Of a DNA stretch of 26,477 nucleotides, positions 15,835 through 26,168 are shown piece by piece. Every line of letters starts with the position of its first letter. Position 1 is the stretch's first letter. This DNA is from Bdellovibrionota bacterium FG-2. GTDB taxonomy: Bacteria > Bdellovibrionota > UBA1018. The DNA lies in the NCBI GenBank assembly GCA_051382305.1, contig JBBCAV010000001.1, positions 1-26,477 of the forward strand. Reading direction: 5' to 3'. Under the pieces are notes generated by a model. The model saw nothing but the letters and a program-made list of their open reading frames with translations. It did no database searches and was not told where the DNA came from. The translations under genes were made by a program, and so were the position numbers.

Positions 15835-17484
15835 ATGAAAACGAAAGCTTTCCTCATTAGAGTTGCCGTCTGCTTCTTTCTTTCCCTCATTCCACTGACG
15901 GAATTGGAGAATAGGATTTATTCTGCCCGGATAGCACTTCGGGGCCACCTCATGCGCACGACCAAGACGCTTTTAGTGGACGTGGAATCAAATACCTTTA
16001 ACTCCCCAAAATTACTTAACTTTATTGCAGACGCGCTTCGAAAAAAAGGCGCAAGGTTGGTGATCACCGATAACCAACACTCCTCGCGAGACCTCATTAT
16101 CGACTCAGATGGAGTGGTTCGAACGGCCATCTTGCTTCCCAAGGGTGGTTCCTCCATCACCTTTAAAGCCTACCTCCAATCCAAACAAGACCCCAAAGCC
16201 CTCTCCCAGCTTCGATCCCCCCACCTGATTAACTTCGTGGGAGAAGCAGGTTCTTTTCGCCGCTGCCAAGTGACCGTCAAATCGGGCGATGGAGAAATGG
16301 GAGCCGAAAACCTCAACATTTCCCATGACTGCCCTTCTTTTCAGGGAAAAAGCGTCATCCTAAGCGAAGATTCGGACTACTCCCCCATCTTAAGAACTCC
16401 GTTTGGGGAAATGGGAAGGGCGGAAGTCATTGCCAACGACATCGAGACCATTGTAGATGGAAACCCCATCCTGCGCGCGGGCTTTGCGATCCAAGCCATT
16501 TTAGTGCTTTTAATGGTATTTATCGCTTCCTTTTACATTGTGACTTACCCGGTCTTAATAAGTTCGATCGCCGTCACCGGCACGGGAGTCGCGGTCGCCG
16601 TTATATTATTCCAAATCATTTTCCAAGCCTTCGACATCTACATTCCGTCTGCCAACGTCGGGGCTTCCTTGCTCATCACCTATCTTGTTTTCACGGGATT
16701 TCGGCAAGCCCTTCAAGAAAACCTCCAGTGGCGGGCCCTCAAACAATCGCAATATTTGAGGGAACTGGATCAAATGAAGACGAACTTTCTTTCATTGGTT
16801 AGTCATGATCTCAAGACCCCCATTGCGAAAATTCAGGCCGTTGTTGAGCGGTTACGCAGGGAATCTCATCTACCGCCAGAGGAGCACGGGGATTGGAAGG
16901 AACTTTTTGACTCCATCGAAAACAGCAATAATGAGCTCAAAAACTACATTACGAGCATCCTCAATCTCTCGCGCATCGAATCACAAAAGGTGATTCTAAA
17001 CATGAAATCCAATGACATTAACCTCCTCATTCAACAGGCGCTCAAGCGTTTGCGGCCCATCGCACAACAAAAGAATATCTCCATTGAGGAATCCCTCGAA
17101 CCTCTCTTCTCCATTGAATGCGACGAAGACCTCATGCGCCAAGTCTTGACCAACCTCATCGATAACGCCATCAAGTACAGTCCCGCCAACTCCAATGTCA
17201 TTGTACGCTCCTTTGAAGAAGAGGGTTTTGTGAAAGTCGAAGTAGAGGACTTTGGCCCTGGAATTCCGAAAGACCAACTCCCCCAGATGTTTCGAAAGTT
17301 CAGCCGCCTCGTGCGCCCCCTCAAAGAGCAGGTCAAAGGCACGGGACTCGGATTATACCTCTCAAAGTACTTTATCGAGCTTCACGGAGGCTCGATTCGG
17401 GTTCAGAGCACCGAAGGCAAGGGAACCACGTTTTCTTTTTCGATCCCCGTCCAGACCCCCCATCCTGAGGAGTCTACCTCTTAG
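15835..17484 (+). CDS. CHASE2-like membrane sensor histidine kinase
   Basis: DSDGVVR, INFVG and TPFGEM...EVIAN CHASE2-type motifs, three TM helices, H-box SHDLKTP, NLIDNAIKY, DFGPGI, GTGLGL. Confidence 0.88.
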   Translation: MKTKAFLIRVAVCFFLSLIPLTELENRIYSARIALRGHLMRTTKTLLVDVESNTFNSPKLLNFIADALRKKGARLVITDNQHSSRDLIIDSDGVVRTAILLPKGGSSITFKAYLQSKQDPKALSQLRSPHLINFVGEAGSFRRCQVTVKSGDGEMGAENLNISHDCPSFQGKSVILSEDSDYSPILRTPFGEMGRAEVIANDIETIVDGNPILRAGFAIQAILVLLMVFIASFYIVTYPVLISSIAVTGTGVAVAVILFQIIFQAFDIYIPSANVGASLLITYLVFTGFRQALQENLQWRALKQSQYLRELDQMKTNFLSLVSHDLKTPIAKIQAVVERLRRESHLPPEEHGDWKELFDSIENSNNELKNYITSILNLSRIESQKVILNMKSNDINLLIQQALKRLRPIAQQKNISIEESLEPLFSIECDEDLMRQVLTNLIDNAIKYSPANSNVIVRSFEEEGFVKVEVEDFGPGIPKDQLPQMFRKFSRLVRPLKEQVKGTGLGLYLSKYFIELHGGSIRVQSTEGKGTTFSFSIPVQTPHPEESTS

Positions 17485-17529
17485 ATTACAGTTTTCCTTT
17501 TCCTCACACTCCATTATGATGACTCCCAA

Positions 17530-19038
17530 ATGTGTGCTGCCACTCCCCCCTTTGCTTATTCGCTCAACATCCTTGTCGTCGATGACGAAAAAGAGCTTCG
17601 GGAATCGCTTACGCAAATCTTAACCTCGCTCAGACATAATGTTTTTGAGGCGCAAGACGGAGAAGAGGCCCTCAGGATCATTCGCGAACGTGGCTTAGAC
17701 AACCCCTCCTCAATTCACATCGTTTTACTCGATGTTAATCTCCCCGGAATCTCGGGCCTCGAAGTTCTGCGAGAGGTTCACGCTTTTGATCCTTCGGTTT
17801 CCGTCCTCATCATTACCGCTCATGGCAACATCAAAGATGCAGTCGAAGCGATGCGCGACGGCGCTTACAATTATATCGAAAAGCCCGTTCAGCAAAATGA
17901 CATTGAAGACCTGATTCAAAAAGCCAGCGAAGCCCACGTCCTCGTCCAAGAAACGGGGCTCTCCTCTCCGAAACTTACTTTAGATGATGGCGAAGAGTTC
18001 GTCGGAAAATCACAAGGAATGCGCTCTGTTTTTCAGGTGATTCAACGCTTAGGTCAAGTCAACACCAGCGTCCTCATTCGCGGTGAAAACGGGACGGGCA
18101 AAGAGCTCGTCGCGCGCGCAATTCACTTTAATTCTCCCCGAAAAGTAAAACCTTTTGTTGCGGTGAATTGCGGCGCGATTCCCGAAAACCTCATCGAAAG
18201 CGAATTCTTCGGGCATGAAAAAGGGGCCTTCACGGGCGCGGACCAGCGCCACATCGGAAAATTCCAATACGCCGAAGGGGGCACCCTTTTCTTGGACGAA
18301 ATCGGTGACATTTCTCACCCCATGCAGGTCAAGATGCTTCGCGTGTTGCAAGAACGAAAATTTACGCCGGTCGGATCCAATCGCGAAATTCGCTGTGACG
18401 TCCGGATCATTGCCGCCACGAACCGTAACCTTGAAGAAATGATCCGGCAAAATCAGTTTCGCCAAGATCTTTTCTATCGACTCAACGTCATGCCCATAGA
18501 GCTCCCCCCCCTTCGACAACGAACAGAAGACATTCCATTGTTGGTGGAGCACTTTATTGAAAAATACAACAACCTCCACGGCAGAACAGGAACCGGAAAC
18601 GAAGTGCGTGGAATTCGAGAAGATGCACTCAATGGTATGAAAAACTACCTTTGGCCAGGCAATATCCGGGAACTTGAAAATGTGGTCGAGCGCGCGTTTG
18701 TACTCGAGAATTCCAGATACATCACGCTCACCTCACTGCCTGAGGACATGCATCCTCGGAGCATGAAGACGGATCACGCATCCGGCGCTGGAATTTCTTC
18801 TGGATCGGAGACCGGGTCCTCGTCAGGCGCCGAGACGGTCGCTATCGATTTTCACAATCAAAAAGAGCAATTTGAGCGCGACTTTATCATTAATGCGCTC
18901 AAGCGCTTTGGGGGGCGGATCAATCAGACTGTTTCCCACGCCGGAATTCCCAAGAACACGTTACTTCGAAAAATCAGAAAATTTGCAATTAACCCCGCTG
19001 ACTATGGTCCCGTCAACCAAGATGGCGAAGAAACCTAA
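17530..19038 (+). CDS. NtrC-family sigma54-dependent response regulator
   Basis: ILVVDDE...LLDVNLP...YIEKP receiver, GENGTGKE, GAFTGA and a C-terminal HTH. Confidence 0.93.
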   Translation: MCAATPPFAYSLNILVVDDEKELRESLTQILTSLRHNVFEAQDGEEALRIIRERGLDNPSSIHIVLLDVNLPGISGLEVLREVHAFDPSVSVLIITAHGNIKDAVEAMRDGAYNYIEKPVQQNDIEDLIQKASEAHVLVQETGLSSPKLTLDDGEEFVGKSQGMRSVFQVIQRLGQVNTSVLIRGENGTGKELVARAIHFNSPRKVKPFVAVNCGAIPENLIESEFFGHEKGAFTGADQRHIGKFQYAEGGTLFLDEIGDISHPMQVKMLRVLQERKFTPVGSNREIRCDVRIIAATNRNLEEMIRQNQFRQDLFYRLNVMPIELPPLRQRTEDIPLLVEHFIEKYNNLHGRTGTGNEVRGIREDALNGMKNYLWPGNIRELENVVERAFVLENSRYITLTSLPEDMHPRSMKTDHASGAGISSGSETGSSSGAETVAIDFHNQKEQFERDFIINALKRFGGRINQTVSHAGIPKNTLLRKIRKFAINPADYGPVNQDGEET

Positions 19039-19063
19039 AAGATCCTTAGAGGAGACCTAAATC

Positions 19064-19930
19064 ATGGCCGCAACGATTATCACGATTGCCAATCAAAAAG
19101 GAGGAGTGGGAAAAACCACCACGACCATGAATCTAGGTGTGGCACTTGCCCAATCGGGGTTTCGCGTTCTTCTCATCGATGGAGACCCTCAGGCAAATTT
19201 AACAAGCTACTTGGGCGTCGTTCCGGGAGAAGAGCCTTATCTAAATCTTCGAACCTTAGATGAAGTGTACCTCTCGAAGCGACCGGTCGATGCGCAGAGC
19301 CGAAAGCTCTATATTGCTACAACAGGGGAAGGTGTCGACTTGATCCCTTCAGATCAACGACTTTCTGCTGTCGATTATTATCTCATGAGCCGAGGCGACC
19401 GCGAGATGGTCCTTCATCGCTTCTTATCAGCGCTCGAAGATGATTATGAATTCATCCTCATCGATACCCCTCCGAGTCTGAATTTGTTAACCCAAAACGC
19501 TTTGTGTGCCGCTCATTATGTTCTGGTTCCCGTTCAGCCCGAATTCTTCAGCCTAGAGGGGATTGTCAAAATTCGCGATGCAATCGAAGACACCCGCTCT
19601 CGCTGGAATAATAAGCTTTCCATCCTAGGAATCCTCGCCACCCAAGTCTCGCACCGGCGCAAGCTTACTCAAGAGGTCTTAGATACACTCAAGACAGAGT
19701 TAGGCGATCTGATCTTCAATTCAATGATCCACGATAACTCAGCCGTCACCGAGAGTTCAGGACACGCCACCTCAGTCATTCGTTATGATCGCTCTTCACG
19801 AGGTGCCAAAGACTACCTCAGTGCCGCCGTAGAAATTGCGACCCGACTAGGACTTCAAACACGTTTGAAAACAAAAAAGGAGAACACTGATGGCCACCAA
19901 ATCACAGAAACTCGGACGCAATCCATTTGA
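19064..19930 (+). CDS. parA: ParA/Soj-family ATPase
   Basis: Deviant Walker A ANQKGGVGKTT, DGDPQAN, IDTPPSL. GAGGAG SD upstream. Confidence 0.9.
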   Translation: MAATIITIANQKGGVGKTTTTMNLGVALAQSGFRVLLIDGDPQANLTSYLGVVPGEEPYLNLRTLDEVYLSKRPVDAQSRKLYIATTGEGVDLIPSDQRLSAVDYYLMSRGDREMVLHRFLSALEDDYEFILIDTPPSLNLLTQNALCAAHYVLVPVQPEFFSLEGIVKIRDAIEDTRSRWNNKLSILGILATQVSHRRKLTQEVLDTLKTELGDLIFNSMIHDNSAVTESSGHATSVIRYDRSSRGAKDYLSAAVEIATRLGLQTRLKTKKENTDGHQITETRTQSI

Positions 19931-20117
19931 TAAAAAGAAGACCGCAAAGCCTGAGCCGAAAAGTGCTCACGTAGAGTCGCAGAAGGTCGAAGCTCTACCT
20001 TCTTTAGCGAGCTGGACCCTGAACTGGCTCACCGTGGATCTGCCCGCCGAGATCATTATGACGGGAATCAAGATCACAGCCCTTGCATATTCAGAGTTTC
20101 GTCGTCCTAGATACTAG
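19890..20117 (+). CDS. Small hypothetical protein, putative ParA partner
   Basis: AAGGAG SD 7 nt before the ATG, overlap with the parA 3' end, and a basic N-terminus MATKSQKLGRNPF. Confidence 0.6.
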   Translation: MATKSQKLGRNPFDKKKTAKPEPKSAHVESQKVEALPSLASWTLNWLTVDLPAEIIMTGIKITALAYSEFRRPRY

Positions 20118-22339
20118 GACAAAAACAGCATTTCCCGATATTTCGGCAATGGCCAATAATCATCGGCCACGAGCGCTTCAATTTCATCACTTGCTTGACG
20201 AATCGAAAGCATTTTTTCTGAGATTTCCCGAGAAAGCAGATGAGCCTTCTCCTCTTCACTTGTGAGACCCTCGAATTTGAGTGTGCTGCCTTCAAACTCA
20301 ATGCGCCGCGCCTGGAGAGTTTGAATAAGACCCGAAAGTTTCTCAACAGTTGGAAGTTGCGGTGCAGAAATCCCCGCCGACTTCGCCGCACTTATCGCCT
20401 GGGCCAACTGCCCGTGATAAGCAAAGGCGGCTGGCAGAATCTGCGTATCGATCATCGACTTTAACGTAACCACCTCAATCACCATGTTCTTGATGTAGCG
20501 TTCAAGCCTCACATGATAGCGAGACAACAGCTCTGCCTCCGAAAAAATACCAAGTCGCTTGAACAACTCCTTGGTCTTTTCCGTGGTCAACTCCGCCAAC
20601 GCTTCCGGGGTCTTCCTCAGATGGGGCAAGCTACGCTTTTCTGCTTCCTTCACCCATTCTTCTGAATAATTGTTCCCCTCAAAGCGAATGGGTTTGGTCT
20701 CCTTGATCGCCTCACGAACAACTTCCAAAATCGCTGCATCGAGATCCTTTTGAGCCGCGCCTTTTTTTCTCAAAGCCTCAGTGACCTCAGAAATTCCATC
20801 GGCCACCGCTGCGTTGATTAACATGACTGGAAATGCCGTCGATGCCGAAGAACCCACGGCCCGAAACTCAAACTTGTTCCCCGTAAAAGCAAAAGGTGAA
20901 GTACGGTTTCGATCCGCATTGTCCCGCATGACTTCGGGCAACTTGCTCACGCCTAATCGCAAGACGGCGGCCTCAGGATTCTGATTTGCAAAACTCCCAT
21001 TTTCGATTTCATTGAGAATCCGACTCAGCAAATCCCCAAGGAACACCGAAATAATTGCCGGTGGCGCCTCATTCGCGCCCAAGCGATGCTCGTTCCCCGC
21101 AGAGGCAATCCCGGCCCGCAAAATCCCGGCATGCTTGTGAACGCCCTTAAGAACTGAAACGAGCATCAGCAAGAACCGAAGATTCTGATGCGGAGTTTTG
21201 CCCGGATCTAAGAGATTCTCGCCATCAAGCTCATGACCACTGGCCGTGACCATCATGGACCAGTTATTATGCTTGCCACTGCCATTGATTCCGGCAAAAG
21301 GTTTCTCATGCAACAAAACTGCAAAATTATGTCGCAACGCAACCCTCTTCATGATCTCCATCACCAGCTGATTGTGATCCGTGGAGATATTGGCTTCTTC
21401 AAAAATGGGCGCCGTCTCAAACTGACTTGGCGCCACCTCATTGTGACGCGTTTTAACAGGTACTCCAAGTTTGTAGAGCTCATATTCCATTTCGCTCATG
21501 TAAGCCTGGGCGCGAGCAGGAATACTTCCAAAATAGTGATCCTCAAGCTGCTGCCCTTTAGGGGGTTGCCCTCCCACAAGGGTTCGCCCAGTCATCAGTA
21601 AATCAGGCCTGAGATTGAAGAAACTCCGATCAATCAGAAAATACTCTTGCTCCGCCCCCAAGGTCGGAACCACTCTCTTAATCTGGGGATACCCCACCAG
21701 GTGCAGCAAATCGCAAACTCTATGCGAGAGAACATCCATGCTTCGCAGAAGACCCGTCTTCTTATCCAAGGAGTCCCCGTGGTAGCTGATAAATACAGAG
21801 GGAATACACAACGTTTTTCCATTCGTGTGTTCCATAATAAACATGGGACTGGAAGGGTCCCAAGCCGTGTAACCCCGCGCCTCAAAAGTCGTTCGCATCC
21901 CTCCAGACGGAAAACTCGAAGCATCGGGTTCACTTTGGATGAGTTGTGCGCCCGAAAACTTTTCCAGCGGCATAGAGTTTTCATCCAAACTTAAAAAAGC
22001 ATCATGCTTCTCTGCCGTCGATCCCGTTTGAGGCTGAAACCAGTGACAAAAATGAGTCACGCCACGAGCCAAGGCCCACTCTTTTACTGCGTGCGCAACC
22101 GTATCTGCAATTTCTGGTTCTAGCTTGCCCCCACTTTCTATCGTCTGTAGGAGCTTCGTAAAGACGCTCTGAGGAAGCTTCTTCATCTTATGAATGTCGA
22201 AAGTATTGACTCCGTAAAACTCGGATACTTTCAATCTTTTTCCTGATTCATCGCGTGGGGGGTCGAATTTGCGCGGAGTGCGCGAGGTGATTTCACGAAC
22301 AGCTGCAAAACGTGCGTTTGCACCAATACCTTGATTCAT
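20114..22339 (-). CDS. glnA: Glutamine synthetase type III
   Basis: 741 aa. HWFQPQTG, EPDASSFP, HNEVAP, HEKPFAGINGSGKHNNWS, DRNRTSPFAFTGNKFEFR. AAGGAG SD. Confidence 0.96.
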   Translation of the reverse strand: MNQGIGANARFAAVREITSRTPRKFDPPRDESGKRLKVSEFYGVNTFDIHKMKKLPQSVFTKLLQTIESGGKLEPEIADTVAHAVKEWALARGVTHFCHWFQPQTGSTAEKHDAFLSLDENSMPLEKFSGAQLIQSEPDASSFPSGGMRTTFEARGYTAWDPSSPMFIMEHTNGKTLCIPSVFISYHGDSLDKKTGLLRSMDVLSHRVCDLLHLVGYPQIKRVVPTLGAEQEYFLIDRSFFNLRPDLLMTGRTLVGGQPPKGQQLEDHYFGSIPARAQAYMSEMEYELYKLGVPVKTRHNEVAPSQFETAPIFEEANISTDHNQLVMEIMKRVALRHNFAVLLHEKPFAGINGSGKHNNWSMMVTASGHELDGENLLDPGKTPHQNLRFLLMLVSVLKGVHKHAGILRAGIASAGNEHRLGANEAPPAIISVFLGDLLSRILNEIENGSFANQNPEAAVLRLGVSKLPEVMRDNADRNRTSPFAFTGNKFEFRAVGSSASTAFPVMLINAAVADGISEVTEALRKKGAAQKDLDAAILEVVREAIKETKPIRFEGNNYSEEWVKEAEKRSLPHLRKTPEALAELTTEKTKELFKRLGIFSEAELLSRYHVRLERYIKNMVIEVVTLKSMIDTQILPAAFAYHGQLAQAISAAKSAGISAPQLPTVEKLSGLIQTLQARRIEFEGSTLKFEGLTSEEEKAHLLSREISEKMLSIRQASDEIEALVADDYWPLPKYREMLFLS

Positions 22340-22381
22340 TTTTCTATCTCCTTTTTTGAGGGACTGGACTCAATGCCAACC

Positions 22382-24352
22382 CTAAGATCTATTTAACTTC
22401 TTCTTGGAAATCGAATCAAGGGTTTTTACGAGCGCTTCTGCTTCACCCACCCACTTCCCGAATTCATTTCGAGCACTCGACTCTGACACCGCGCCCGCGG
22501 AACTTGCGAAACGAACCATCTCAGCGAATTCGAGAAGCTTTTCGGTACGTTTCCAGGCGTCATCCGAAAGACCCTGCTCATCAACCAAGATTCGCCTTAA
22601 CTCATCGCGCGAAAGTGAACGGGCACCAATCTCAGAGTAGCGATCAAGTGCATCAAATACCTGGCCACAAATCTTTTCATATCCACCCACCACCTCAAGC
22701 CAGGCGGTCCCAGACAAAACCTGACGACTCATTTTTCTAAGCTCACTAAAGGTCCTCAACACGTGCTTCTGCTTGTTCGAAGCGGATTCAGGATCATTGA
22801 CCTTTGTCTTCACTTTTCGAATCAGATCCAGCCCCACGAACATGAGCAAGACTGTAAAACCCACGCAGGCCCCCCAGTAGAGCCATCGCCAAACTGGAAA
22901 ACCATTCACACTTATAGACTCGGTCTTCTCTTCAGGACCTTTCAGATCCCGAATCTCGATTACCTTAGAAGCTAGAGGCGCGCCGGCAGGCGCCCCTACT
23001 CCCGACTGAGCCTGAACACCTTGTTGATTGGCCTGCGAAGGAGGTGCACGCTGAGGTACGACCGAGCCAGGAGCCCCTTCGGCAACTTGAAGATCAATCG
23101 GAGCAGTAGATTTTGTAACATAGGCTTTTTTGCTGGGATCAAAAAAACTAAATTCCAAGCCTGGCAAAGTGAGCTTGCCAGGTGCCCGCGGAATCAAAAG
23201 AATCTCAAAAACTTTTTCTCCCACACCACTTCGCCCGGTCTTTGCAGTCCCCTTTGTATCATAGAGTTCTACGTTTTCAGGCCATTTTGCCTGTGGATCC
23301 TTAATCGAAGCCAGATTACCTCGCCCCTCAATCTTCACCGTCAGGGTAACAGCCTCATTGGCGCGAACTTCATTTTTGTCCAAAGCAGAAACAACAGAAA
23401 AGTCCCCCACTGCGCCTGAAAACGAAGGCGGGCGCCCCTCCTCGGGAACGGGGACCACATCAACACTCACCGTATCACTGCGACTACTCCCCACATGAGG
23501 GGTCATCTGCTGAAAAAAATTCATGAAAGGATCATTGTTGTCCATGCTTTGAGTATTTGTATAATGCTGATATTTCAAAGACAGGGGATCGATCTTAAGC
23601 TTCCCTTCTTGAATAGGATAGGCGGCATACCGCAAAAGCAACGAACGCTCAAAAGCAATACCATCTAGAATCACACGCTCCGAATCCAGGCGCTGATTGA
23701 GAATAGGCATCTCCATATCCTCGCGCAAGAATCCAGGCAAAACCGGATACTTTTCTACTTGAATATTGAAGACTCGAACTCGGCGATACAAATAATAACT
23801 CACAACTACCTGTTCACCTTTAACAGCGCGCTCCTTATCAACTTCCGCTCTGACAAAAATATAGGCCCCGGCGGGCCTTTTCCCCGTAACACGAGCCGGA
23901 CCACTCACGCCTGCTCCCGAATTTGCGCTCCCCCCTGAAGGAGAACTCGCGCCTGGCAATACCCGAACTCGCAAATCAGGACTTGTATGATTCTTGCCGT
24001 CAATCGAAACCTGAATACCCGTAATCTGAAGATCTCCCGACTTAAGGGGCCTGAGAACCTTCGTGATATTAACTTGATTGCGCATTCCAAAACGCCCGTT
24101 TTCATAAAAGGATTGAACAAAGGTATTTTGGAACTGATTAATAACTTCAAAATTCGGGGCCGAAAAACGGGGTTGCGAGGCGTTTGAATCGCCCTCTACC
24201 GTTACAGACAATTTTAGGGAAACAGACTCATCAATTGAGATCTCCTGACGATCCAGCTCAGCCGACAATACAACATCTTTAGCGAAGACCGGAGCGGCCC
24301 CCAACGCCAAAAATACCGTCAAGTTTATCCAATGCGAGCAGAAACTCATCAC
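22382..24352 (-). CDS. batD: BatD-family protein
   Basis: Signal peptide, repeated Ig-like BatD segments (GEQVVVSYYLY, GAVGDF, IEGRGNL, FSFFDP), a late TM helix, and position after the VWA/TPR gene. Confidence 0.85.
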   Translation of the reverse strand: MMSFCSHWINLTVFLALGAAPVFAKDVVLSAELDRQEISIDESVSLKLSVTVEGDSNASQPRFSAPNFEVINQFQNTFVQSFYENGRFGMRNQVNITKVLRPLKSGDLQITGIQVSIDGKNHTSPDLRVRVLPGASSPSGGSANSGAGVSGPARVTGKRPAGAYIFVRAEVDKERAVKGEQVVVSYYLYRRVRVFNIQVEKYPVLPGFLREDMEMPILNQRLDSERVILDGIAFERSLLLRYAAYPIQEGKLKIDPLSLKYQHYTNTQSMDNNDPFMNFFQQMTPHVGSSRSDTVSVDVVPVPEEGRPPSFSGAVGDFSVVSALDKNEVRANEAVTLTVKIEGRGNLASIKDPQAKWPENVELYDTKGTAKTGRSGVGEKVFEILLIPRAPGKLTLPGLEFSFFDPSKKAYVTKSTAPIDLQVAEGAPGSVVPQRAPPSQANQQGVQAQSGVGAPAGAPLASKVIEIRDLKGPEEKTESISVNGFPVWRWLYWGACVGFTVLLMFVGLDLIRKVKTKVNDPESASNKQKHVLRTFSELRKMSRQVLSGTAWLEVVGGYEKICGQVFDALDRYSEIGARSLSRDELRRILVDEQGLSDDAWKRTEKLLEFAEMVRFASSAGAVSESSARNEFGKWVGEAEALVKTLDSISKKKLNRS

Positions 24353-24371
24353 TTGCCTTCCAACCTCTCCC

Positions 24372-26168
24372 CTACCAATCCTTGGGATTGCTTTGCTGCT
24401 TCCCTTTTTGTTTCTTCAATTTTGCCTGCAAATCTTTCTCCCGATTTGATAATTCAGCCATAACACGCTCCGCATCTTCTTTGGAGAGATGTTTTGATTT
24501 AAACTGATCCTTTTTGGCCTCCGCAGAGGTTTCCTGATATTTTCCAGGCTTTTGCTGTTGTTGTTTTTCTTTTTGCTTTTCTTGTTCTTTTTGCTGCTCT
24601 TTTTGCGAGTCCTTTTGTTTGTCTTTTTGCTGGTCTTTCTGCTGTTGTTTCTTTTGCTGCTCCTGTTTAATCAAGAGCTCAATATTTTTGCGTGCATCCG
24701 CTTCGACCTGAGGGTTCTTAGCTTGCTGCGCAGACTGAATGGCCCCCGCATATGACTGAACAGCACTTGGAACGTCTCCCTTTTTTGACAAAGCCAAACC
24801 GAGATTATAGAGCGATTTTGCTTTAAGCTCCTCGTTTCCCTTTTGCGCGGAATTCTGAAACGCTTGCGCAGCTCCATCGGCATTTCCCTCATTAAGTTGG
24901 ATCACTCCCGAATTGAAATCGAGCTCCGGAAGCGCCGGGTCCTGTGCCTGCGCAGCCCCAAAACGCTGCTTGGCTTCGTCCATCTTCCCCTCTTGAAAAG
25001 CCTCTAAACCGCGCTTGTTTTCAAGATACACCGGCAGAGAAGCATCTGCCCACGCGGACGAGGAAGCGCCACCGCCGAGCAAAAGCAAAACGATCAAGAC
25101 ATTTTCCACTCTCTTTCGCGTCACAAGCCGCTTACGAAGAGGCGCAGAGATCTCAAGAAACAAAAAGAACACCGCGATCGCCAAGGGATATTGAAATCGA
25201 TCCTGGTAGACCACGTATTTTCTTTCGGCGTAATCCTTGCGATTCAAAGCCCCCAAATCCCTCAAAATCTCGTCAATTTCTGCCTCTCCTGGGGTTAAGC
25301 TAGAATATTTTCCACCCGCCGCAGCGGCAATCGCCGCTAGCGCATCGGGCTTAAAGGCACTCACCACAGACTGTCCCGATGCATCCTTCTTGTAGCCCCT
25401 CAACGTTCCACTCTCGTCTCGAACAGGAATTGGACCGCCTTTTTGCGAACCCACGCCCAAGATATAGAGACGCGTACTTGAATCCCTAATCTTCTTTGCA
25501 AAGGCCAACGCTCCTGCTTCATGATCCTCACCGTCAGAAAGCATAATTATGACCCGCGAAGCTGAGGTCTGCGATTTATCGGAGGGAACCGGAGTGTTGG
25601 ATTCTTCAGCACTTCTTTCAAGCGCTTTCCACGCCGTTTCAAGTCCAATTCCTATATCGGTTCCCTGATTCGCAACCATTTTCGGGGAGAGAATCTGAAC
25701 CGTATCTAAGAAATAGTTTTGGTCTGCAGTTAAGGGACATGCAAGATAGGAACTCCCAGCAAATGCCACCAAACCGACACGATCGCCTCCCTGCATCCGG
25801 TCAATAACCGTCTTGATCGCGTGCTTTGCCGCTTTTATCCGACTCGGAACAACATCCTCAACCTCCATGCTATTGGAGACATCAAGAACAAATACGACAT
25901 CAAGACCAGTGACCTGCAAGGTTTCTTCTTTCGTTCCCCATTGAGGCCGCGCCAGAGAGACAAATACACAAGCCAATGCGACGAACCCTAGTACCGTTTT
26001 GCGTGTGCGTAGGCCGGCGCGCCACTCGGGAACAATCTGTGCCCAAAGCGATTCCGAAACAAACCGGGTAAAACGGCGACGCCTGAGGCGCTCCTCGTAT
26101 TGAACGATTCCAAAAATAAGGGGCAAGGCCAGAAGTCCCCAAAGCCAAAGAGGAGAAGCAAACTTCAT
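24372..26168 (-). CDS. batB: BatB (VWA) - BatC (TPR, Q/K-rich) fusion
   Basis: BatA-type N-terminus FASPLWLW, LARPQWG, MIDAS DVSNS, PLT.D, SDGE, then TPR repeats, a Q/K tract and a KDW terminus. ATG 26168 overlaps the upstream stop (ATGA). Confidence 0.85.
   Translation of the reverse strand: MKFASPLWLWGLLALPLIFGIVQYEERLRRRRFTRFVSESLWAQIVPEWRAGLRTRKTVLGFVALACVFVSLARPQWGTKEETLQVTGLDVVFVLDVSNSMEVEDVVPSRIKAAKHAIKTVIDRMQGGDRVGLVAFAGSSYLACPLTADQNYFLDTVQILSPKMVANQGTDIGIGLETAWKALERSAEESNTPVPSDKSQTSASRVIIMLSDGEDHEAGALAFAKKIRDSSTRLYILGVGSQKGGPIPVRDESGTLRGYKKDASGQSVVSAFKPDALAAIAAAAGGKYSSLTPGEAEIDEILRDLGALNRKDYAERKYVVYQDRFQYPLAIAVFFLFLEISAPLRKRLVTRKRVENVLIVLLLLGGGASSSAWADASLPVYLENKRGLEAFQEGKMDEAKQRFGAAQAQDPALPELDFNSGVIQLNEGNADGAAQAFQNSAQKGNEELKAKSLYNLGLALSKKGDVPSAVQSYAGAIQSAQQAKNPQVEADARKNIELLIKQEQQKKQQQKDQQKDKQKDSQKEQQKEQEKQKEKQQQQKPGKYQETSAEAKKDQFKSKHLSKEDAERVMAELSNREKDLQAKLKKQKGKQQSNPKDW
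24551..24665 (-). repeat. Low-complexity Q/K/E/D coding tract with imperfect 12-nt period
   Basis: Encodes QEQQKKQQQKDQQKDKQKDSQKEQQKEQEKQKEKQQQQK. Confidence 0.7.
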
